From Candidatus Sericytochromatia bacterium (lineage in GTDB: Bacteria; Cyanobacteriota; Sericytochromatia; S15B-MN24; UBA4093), in the NCBI GenBank assembly GCA_036676495.1, contig JAKFCT010000016.1:1-12231 (forward strand): a stretch of DNA of 12,231 bases. The letters are read 5' to 3'. Under the pieces are notes generated by a model. That model had not been told where the DNA came from, did not search any database, and saw only the letters and a list, made by a program, of their open reading frames with translations. How positions within the stretch are numbered: the stretch's first letter is position 1; every line of letters starts with the position of its first letter. The position numbers were made by a program, and so were the translations under genes. Shown here piece by piece: positions 7,601-12,231 of the stretch.

Positions 7601-9757
7601 GAGGGCCTCCACGTAGAAGCGCTCCGCCTCGTCGAGCTCCGAGGAGTAGCGGGCGACGTCTCCGAGCATGTGCGTGGCCGTCAGCTTGTCGGAGGGCTCG
7701 CGGAGGTGAGGGAGGACGGCTTCCAGGAGCTGGCGCGCCTCTTGCAGGGCGAAGAGCGAGAGGTTCTTGCGGGCGGCGGAAAGGGCCGGAGCCACTCCGA
7801 CCTCGGGGTGCTCACCGCTGAGGGCGTGGCGGGCCAGGTCGTTGAGGCTTTCGAGGTCGTCCTCGGCGACGCCTTCGCGCAGAAGGGCCTCGGCCAGGGC
7901 GGTATGCAGGGCGCGGCGAACGGCCTCAGGGGTCAGGCGGGTCACGACCTCGGCTTGCTGGCCGCTCACGAACCAGAGGCGATCGCCCTTCCGGGACAAT
8001 ACCGCGCCGCGTTCGAGCTCGGCGATCGCCCCGAAGATCTCCGCTTCTTCGGCCTCCAGGACCGCCATGAGCTGGGCCAAGCGGAACGGACGCCCGAGGG
8101 CAGCCGCCAGCTCCGCGACCCGGCGCGCCTCTGGCGAAAGCTCTCCGAGCTGCTCCTCGAAGAGCCCCGGCCCGTCCTGCGCGCGCCCGATGAGCGCCGT
8201 GGCCTCGGGAAGGATCTCCCAGCGGCCCGCCGAATAGCGCAGGCCGCCATGGCCGGCCAGATGCCGGATGGTCCCCTCGATGGCGAGCGGCAAGCCCGAC
8301 GTCGCCTCCCGCAACTGCTCCACGAACCGATCGTCCATGGTCGCCTCGCCCAAGAGGGCTCCGGCGATCTCTCCGACCTCCGCGGCCTCGAAGGGGGCAA
8401 GGAAGTAGGCGTTGGAATCGTCCTCAGGCGCCCGATCCGCCCCCAGCACCCAGAGCGGGCGATCCGCCATCAGGCGGGAGAGGGCCTTGAGCAACTCGCG
8501 GCTCGAAACGTCCGCCCACTGCCAATCGTCCAGCAGCAGGACGATCGGGCGAGTCTCGAGCAAGGCCCCGAAGACGTCGACCACGGCGTTCTGGAGGCGC
8601 GCTTTCTCCTTCTGGGGATCCAGCGAGAGGTCTCCCTCGCGATGCCATTCGGGCAAGATGGCGCCCAGCGCCGCGCGGGAAGGCTCCCAGCGCTCCGGGG
8701 CGACCAGGCTCAGGGCGGCCCGCAGCGGGTCCAGCAAGGGGCCGAACGGAACGCCATGCTCGGTGGCGACTCCCGTGAGGACCAGGGCGCCTTCCAACTG
8801 GGCGCGCAGCCTGAACTCTTCGAGCAGGCGGCTCTTACCGATTCCCGAAGGGCCCGCCACCCAGAGGCTTCCGCCGCGTCCTCCCTCCAGCGCGCGAAGG
8901 GCGCCCGTGAAAGCCTCCAGCTCGGCCTTGCGGCCCACGAAATGGCTGGCCAGCAAGGCGGGGGGCTCGGAATCCTCGACCTGCGCCCCCAGGGCGCGCA
9001 AGAGCTCGGAAGCCGATGAGAAGCGGCCCAGCGGATCCTTGGAAAGAAGCTTGAGCAAGACGCGCTCGAGCTCCGAAGCCAGGTCAGGATTGAAGGCCGA
9101 GGGGCGCAATGGCTCGCGATCCAGGTGCGCGCGCATGACCGCCAAGGCATCCGCGGCCTCGAAGACGGGCCGGCCGGTCGCGAGGTGGTAGGCCAGGGCG
9201 CCAAGGGAGTAGAGGTCGGTACGGGCATCCAGGCGCGCGCCCCGTACCGATTCGGGAGCCATGTAGGCAGGGGTGCCGCGCGGTGAGCCCAGCGACTGAC
9301 CCAACGGGGACATGAGGCCGAAGTCGATCAGCTTCAGGGAGCCGTCCGCCAGACGCCGGACGTTGGCGGGCCCCACGTCGGCATGCACGTAGCCGCGGGA
9401 ATGAATGAAGCCCAGCACTTCGGCCAGCTGGACCAGAATGGCCTTGAGGTCGAGGCTGGAAAGCGGACCTGCCGGCAGGTCCTCTCCTTCGATGAGCTCC
9501 ATGGTGTAGAAGGGAATGCCGGAGTCGCTGGTGCCGTAGTCGAAGACCTCGACCAGGCGAGGATGGCGCAGCTGGGCCATGAGCCGAAATTCCTGCTTGA
9601 AACGCAGGATGCCATCCGGATCGCGCAGGGACTCCGCGAGCAGCTTCATCGCCAGGCGGCGACCCCGCATGAGGTCCTCGACCAGGAGGACCTTCCCCCC
9701 GCCCCCTTCACCCAGGGTATCCAGGACTTGATAACGATTCGCCAGGGTTTGCATCAT
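4616..9757 (-). CDS. Multidomain signalling protein, ~1713 aa: Ser/Thr kinase-like + STAND/AAA_16-type ATPase + TPR-like repeats + coiled coil + two GAF domains + GGDEF diguanylate cyclase
   Basis: Kinase motifs LGEGGGGKV, LAMK, HADVGPAN, DFG, GTPAYMAPE, DLYSLG; FVGRKAEL, Walker A GPSGIGKS (8831-8854), Walker B LLLDDWQWAD, GLPLAI; Ala/Leu/Glu-rich helical repeats; two GAFs ending in SVPL...GVIYVD and CVPL...GVLYVD; DGLT, DVDHFKKFNDTYGHAVGD and RFGGEEM. GGAG RBS at 9770-9767 supports the start at 9757. Confidence 0.92.
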   Translation of the reverse strand: MMQTLANRYQVLDTLGEGGGGKVLLVEDLMRGRRLAMKLLAESLRDPDGILRFKQEFRLMAQLRHPRLVEVFDYGTSDSGIPFYTMELIEGEDLPAGPLSSLDLKAILVQLAEVLGFIHSRGYVHADVGPANVRRLADGSLKLIDFGLMSPLGQSLGSPRGTPAYMAPESVRGARLDARTDLYSLGALAYHLATGRPVFEAADALAVMRAHLDREPLRPSAFNPDLASELERVLLKLLSKDPLGRFSSASELLRALGAQVEDSEPPALLASHFVGRKAELEAFTGALRALEGGRGGSLWVAGPSGIGKSRLLEEFRLRAQLEGALVLTGVATEHGVPFGPLLDPLRAALSLVAPERWEPSRAALGAILPEWHREGDLSLDPQKEKARLQNAVVDVFGALLETRPIVLLLDDWQWADVSSRELLKALSRLMADRPLWVLGADRAPEDDSNAYFLAPFEAAEVGEIAGALLGEATMDDRFVEQLREATSGLPLAIEGTIRHLAGHGGLRYSAGRWEILPEATALIGRAQDGPGLFEEQLGELSPEARRVAELAAALGRPFRLAQLMAVLEAEEAEIFGAIAELERGAVLSRKGDRLWFVSGQQAEVVTRLTPEAVRRALHTALAEALLREGVAEDDLESLNDLARHALSGEHPEVGVAPALSAARKNLSLFALQEARQLLEAVLPHLREPSDKLTATHMLGDVARYSSELDEAERFYVEALALSPDPVSAGVIRTNYAVCAQIRSNYALALERLAEARETLEEAPAEWLRCITFQARNHYFKGETDQAIAVCEEALPRARAAGHPLRLSGVLGFLGMLYALAANRPHEGVELLIEALEVSEPLGDKVGLNDTLNLLGNAKLACGDIHGAEAAFARTLTLSRETGARGELVAAHINLALVAHERGRAETAAMEAERAREEAEIIGNSVYRGLATVALAAAKAASTELDAALDLLEEVQGQLEREPNAYLKTMWRSFGAEVHLQAGDLLEASLWAELALEDGKKTGNTEFDERAAMVLSEALLRLGEVESARKALLGFETAHARYLLAAIALKEGRLNEADRLGAEALMEANERHAERLLIRLRLLLGEVAFSRGDLSGARIHFEDAVEVAREAGATLLEGYATFGLAACAGRNPEGYAILRRVRTALEALLERLSGKASENLLSLEEPWRIQQGDFDALRHAEEVAGKGVSERRYLESLQRERELQAELEALGAAKRRLEILNRFTSETQGITDYDRLLERMVALVASLLEADSGLLLLPDERDELKIRSTYNLEPEKALAFSRSIAESSFRSGTTTFIADALGGSDFSTQRSVMDLQIRAALSVPLRVQDRVLGVIYVDRQTVHHGFSEEDRRLVEAIALQAAQSLDNARLLAETQTKARQMEMLNQLARSVSTSLVLSEVLSKIGRAALELTGADRAMILMRGEGGLTCKMAYDRNGALDPETVSFSQTVGHQVLATGEPFCDLDTQANAELQAQRSIMALDLRTILCVPLLTRDQSIGVLYVDSKEVVGAFGSQDLDLLSAIASQASIAITNAQLYERATVDGLTRLYVRSFFEQRLTQEVSRSLRYGEEVSVLMMDVDHFKKFNDTYGHAVGDLVLKLVADVIRKTIRQDIDIPARFGGEEMLVLMPDTGVEGAMVLAERVRAAIEAAGLPHSDGTVLQVKVSVGVSTAPHHGKTTADLVEAADAALYHSKRNGRNQVTLFEPGMTADAKTK

Positions 9758-9813
9758 CGTCCGTCGCTCCGCCCACGCCCGCGCCGGCCTAGAGGGGCAA
9801 GCGCTCCATTCGC

Positions 9814-9842
9814 ATGATAAGGGCGGAGAGGCGAAAAAGCAA
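9814..9842 (-). promoter_or_regulatory. Putative sigma70 promoter of the kinase-STAND-GGDEF gene
   Basis: Minus strand TTGCTT (9842-9837) - 17 nt - TATCAT (9819-9814) within the 97-nt intergenic gap. Confidence 0.55.
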
Positions 9843-9854
9843 ACGTCATCTCGC

Positions 9855-11744
9855 TTAGAGGCCGAAGCGGGTCGCGACCTTCCGGATCTTATGGGCCCGC
9901 GCCTCGGCGACGATGAGGTCGCCGTGCGAGTCAAAGCAAAGGTCATGGAGGTTGTTGAGCTTGAGCATGGGGCCATCCCCGTCGGTGGCAAGCGTCCCGC
10001 CGCCCGCGAGGGTGCGAACCGTTCCGTCCGCCCGGACGACCCTCACCTTGTCCGTTCCGCGCTCGGCGAAGTAGATCAGGCCGTCTTTGCCGATTGCCAG
10101 CCCGTAAGGCTGATTCAACTGGGTGGCCTTTGCCTGCGCTCCGTCTCCGAGGACGTCGCCACCACCGGCCAGGGTCTGGATAGGCGCCAAGGGGTTACGC
10201 TGAAGCTCTCGAAGGTCAATGACGCGAATGCGGTTGGTCGAGCGATCGTTGAGATCACCCACCTCTGCGATGTAAAGGCGATCCTGCGCATCGATCGCGA
10301 TCTGCTGCGGGGAGTTCAGGCGCGCATGAACGGCCGGCGTGCCATCCGGGCTGAAGCCGACGCTGGGGACGGTCGCGGTCGAATCCTGACCGGCAATCGT
10401 CGAGATGGTACCCTGCGGGGTGATCTTGCGGATGAAGTGCCAGCTCTCGGTCTGGTTCCCACCCGCAACGGGCCACCCGTAGCCCTCAGAGAAGTAAAGG
10501 TTGCCTTGGGAATCGAACGCCAGGCCGCGGGGGCCCGCAAGGCGCGCCAGCGTGGCGGGGCCGCCATCACCCGTATGCCCGTTCGGGTTGGTGTTGTTGC
10601 CGATATCAGGGTCGAGAACGCCCGCGATGGTGTGAATCTTGCCCGCCATCATCGAGACGCCGTAGTAGGTGCCGTCCGTCTTCGGCACAACGCGAATGGC
10701 CATGTTGAGGACATCCCCGATGATCAGGTTGCCATGGCGGTCCACGGCGACCGAGCGGGGGGTGTTGAGCTGCGCGGACGTCGCCGCCCCGCCGTCACCT
10801 TGCGCGCCGCGGCTGCCGTTGCCCGCAACCGTGGTGATCTTGCCGTCGGGCGCGATCCGGCGAACCCGATGGCCTCCTTCCTCGACGACATAGAGGTTTC
10901 CGTCCTTGTCCGCAGCCAAGCCCTTGGGAAGATCCAAGTTGGCGGCGGTGGCCGCCACACCGTTGGGGGACGTTCCCAGGACGCCGGTTCCGGCGAGGGT
11001 GGTCACGGCCATCACGCGGCGGCCCAGCATCTGAGCCCATGCGTCTCCGAGGCTCTGGACATTCGCGCCGATCACCGAGGCATAGCCCATGTTCATCGCC
11101 GCGATGTCCGCGATCTTGAGGGTCGGCTGGGGAAGCGCGCCGCCCGACATGGCCAGGTTCGTGCGTTCCGTGAGCTCGGTCAACTTGTCTAGCGGGTAGG
11201 CCGCCATGGTCTTACCGTCCATGACGGCGCTATGGCGAAGGAACTCAGTGACATAGGTGGTCGCCAGGGAGACGTTGACGGTGTTCTTACCAGCCTTGGG
11301 CACGGTGAAGCCCACTTCGCGACGGTCCTCGCTGAGGATCAAATTCACGATGACCGGCTGATGGGTTGGAACTCCCCGCGGAATCTCGTAACGTCCATTT
11401 TCATCCGTCGTGGTGCTCAAGGGCTCGCCCTGGACTCCCTCGAAAAAGCGGCTGCGCGCATCGGTCAGATAGATGACGCCACGCGGCACGGGGATCTCCT
11501 CCTCCAGGGAGGCGATCCGGTAGCCGGCAGAATTGTTGGCAATCAGGCCTGCGGAATTATTGCCGACGAGGCCGGCGGAGTTGTTGGCGATCAACGATGC
11601 CGGTCCCAGCACGGTGCCATCGAGGCTGGCAGCATCTCCGAAGGCCAGCGTCGGGCGCATCGGCGCGAGCTGCATGGGGGTACAGGCCGTCACGGCCACG
11701 AGGGCGGCCAGCAGAGACGTGAGTTGCCAACGAACTTTCCGCAT
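9855..11744 (-). CDS. NHL-repeat (six-bladed beta-propeller) lipoprotein, 629 aa, with N-terminal NNSAG octapeptide repeats and a putative carboxypeptidase-regulatory-like beta-sandwich
   Basis: RBS GAGGAGAG (11758-11751) before ATG 11744; signal peptide with lipobox VTA-C21; TTTDENGRYEI beta-sandwich motif; six NHL blades (LDLPKGLAADKDGNLYV, LNTPRSVAVDRHGNLII, LAGPRGLAFDSQGNLYF, LNSPQQIAIDAQDRLYI, LNQPYGLAIGKDGLIYF, LNNLHDLCFDSHGDLIV) with GDGGxATxAxL-type inserts. Confidence 0.88.
   Translation of the reverse strand: MRKVRWQLTSLLAALVAVTACTPMQLAPMRPTLAFGDAASLDGTVLGPASLIANNSAGLVGNNSAGLIANNSAGYRIASLEEEIPVPRGVIYLTDARSRFFEGVQGEPLSTTTDENGRYEIPRGVPTHQPVIVNLILSEDRREVGFTVPKAGKNTVNVSLATTYVTEFLRHSAVMDGKTMAAYPLDKLTELTERTNLAMSGGALPQPTLKIADIAAMNMGYASVIGANVQSLGDAWAQMLGRRVMAVTTLAGTGVLGTSPNGVAATAANLDLPKGLAADKDGNLYVVEEGGHRVRRIAPDGKITTVAGNGSRGAQGDGGAATSAQLNTPRSVAVDRHGNLIIGDVLNMAIRVVPKTDGTYYGVSMMAGKIHTIAGVLDPDIGNNTNPNGHTGDGGPATLARLAGPRGLAFDSQGNLYFSEGYGWPVAGGNQTESWHFIRKITPQGTISTIAGQDSTATVPSVGFSPDGTPAVHARLNSPQQIAIDAQDRLYIAEVGDLNDRSTNRIRVIDLRELQRNPLAPIQTLAGGGDVLGDGAQAKATQLNQPYGLAIGKDGLIYFAERGTDKVRVVRADGTVRTLAGGGTLATDGDGPMLKLNNLHDLCFDSHGDLIVAEARAHKIRKVATRFGL
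11523..11594 (-). repeat. Three in-frame 24-bp repeats encoding LIANNSAG-LVGNNSAG-LIANNSAG
   Basis: Read directly from sequence and translation; the copies differ mainly at synonymous positions. Confidence 0.95.
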
Positions 11745-11875
11745 TTGAGACTCTCCTCGCGGGGAAGGTCGAGCTACCTGCCCGAGGATCCCCCTTAAGC
11801 GGTCATACGACCGCCTATATACCTTATAGGCAGAATGGCCCATGGATAAGCTTAAAATATCGTTAAATCTTTGTT

Positions 11876-11951
11876 GGAGGGGCTCAGTCCGGTCGGATCG
11901 GTCCTCCACGGGTAAGGAAGGGCTCGGTCCGGTCGGATCGGTCCTCCGCGG
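11876..11951. repeat. Non-coding tandem direct repeat, 2 x 36 bp (40-bp period, 33/36 identical), each copy an imperfect inverted repeat
   Basis: 11876-11911 ggaggggctcagtccggtcggatcggtcctccacgg; 11916-11951 ggaagggctcggtccggtcggatcggtcctccgcgg; separated by gtaa. Confidence 0.9.
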
Positions 11952-11965
11952 ATCTCGAGCGCTTC

Positions 11966-11995
11966 CCCAGGCTAGAGTTTGGATTCTAGCCTGGG
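11966..11995. other. Strong stem-loop (11-bp perfect stem, 13 bp with a G-U pair on the + strand)
   Basis: cccaggctagagt-ttgg-attctagcctggg; no adjacent U-tract on either strand. Confidence 0.8.
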
Positions 11996-12231
11996 CCTGG
12001 GGATCCGGGCCTTGCTGAGGTGGCCTGGTGGTCGGGGCCCCTGTCTCTTCGGGCCAAAGCATCGGGTATCAAGCCTATCCCCGGGCCCTCGTGACCTCCC
12101 CGACACCGTGCGGCCCGGCACGCTAGTCGAGAGTCCGCTTGAGGACTCGACCGCCCTTCCCTCGCCGTTGCAGTTTAAAGATACCCCTTCGCTTCGGAAA
12201 CACCCGACGGTGCCCGTGCCTGCCTTCAGTC

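Noticed and set aside
4688-9019. 1443-aa ORF on the + strand
   Set aside because: Antisense shadow of the kinase-STAND-GGDEF gene; long antisense ORFs are expected with high GC3, and it has no recognisable motifs.
9758-9991. N-terminal extension of the 1791-aa ORF call
   Set aside because: Overlaps the NHL gene in another frame; RBS, promoter and kinase homology all support the start at 9757.
11523-11594. AAY-rich repeats as a diversity-generating retroelement template
   Set aside because: No reverse transcriptase and no template/variable repeat pair with adenine-specific differences in the window.
11876-11951. Mini-CRISPR interpretation of the 36-bp repeats
   Set aside because: Only two copies with a 4-nt gap, no spacer and no cas genes in the window.
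11966-11995. Rho-independent terminator call for the strong hairpin
   Set aside because: No U-tract on either side; kept as a generic stem-loop.
11745-12062. 106-aa N-terminal extension of the NHL ORF
   Set aside because: The signal peptide, lipobox and RBS place the start at 11744; the extension translates repeats and hairpins.
12095-12231. Resemblance of minus-strand TTTAAACTGCAACGGC to segments of 6S RNA, tmRNA or a cobalamin riboswitch
   Set aside because: Only a short match; no long 6S rod, tmRNA tag or tRNA-like ends, or B12 box could be built. A 5' part outside the window cannot be excluded.

Overview
GC-rich bacterial chromosomal window with three parts. (1) 1-3212: a minus-strand operon lipA -> branched-chain 2-oxoacid dehydrogenase E1alpha -> E1beta, translationally coupled behind a near-consensus sigma70 promoter; all three proteins carry motifs of the mitochondrial-like LIAS/BCKDHA/BCKDHB type. 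(2) 3313-4600: three small hypothetical genes (acidic proline-rich protein, secreted protein, 64-aa Gln/Arg-rich helical protein). (3) 4616-12231: a putative signalling locus made of a ~1713-aa Ser/Thr kinase-like/STAND ATPase/TPR/GAF/GAF/GGDEF protein and, upstream on the same strand, a six-blade NHL beta-propeller lipoprotein carrying three tandem L[IV][AG]NNSAG octapeptides. These are preceded by ~490 nt of hairpin-dense non-coding DNA containing a 36-bp tandem duplication. No CRISPR, tRNA/rRNA or mobile element is supported. The most promising leads are the octapeptide-repeat lipoprotein, the NLR-like diguanylate cyclase with an atypical kinase catalytic loop, and a possible structured RNA at the right end. 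All calls come from motif reading by eye; no searches were run.
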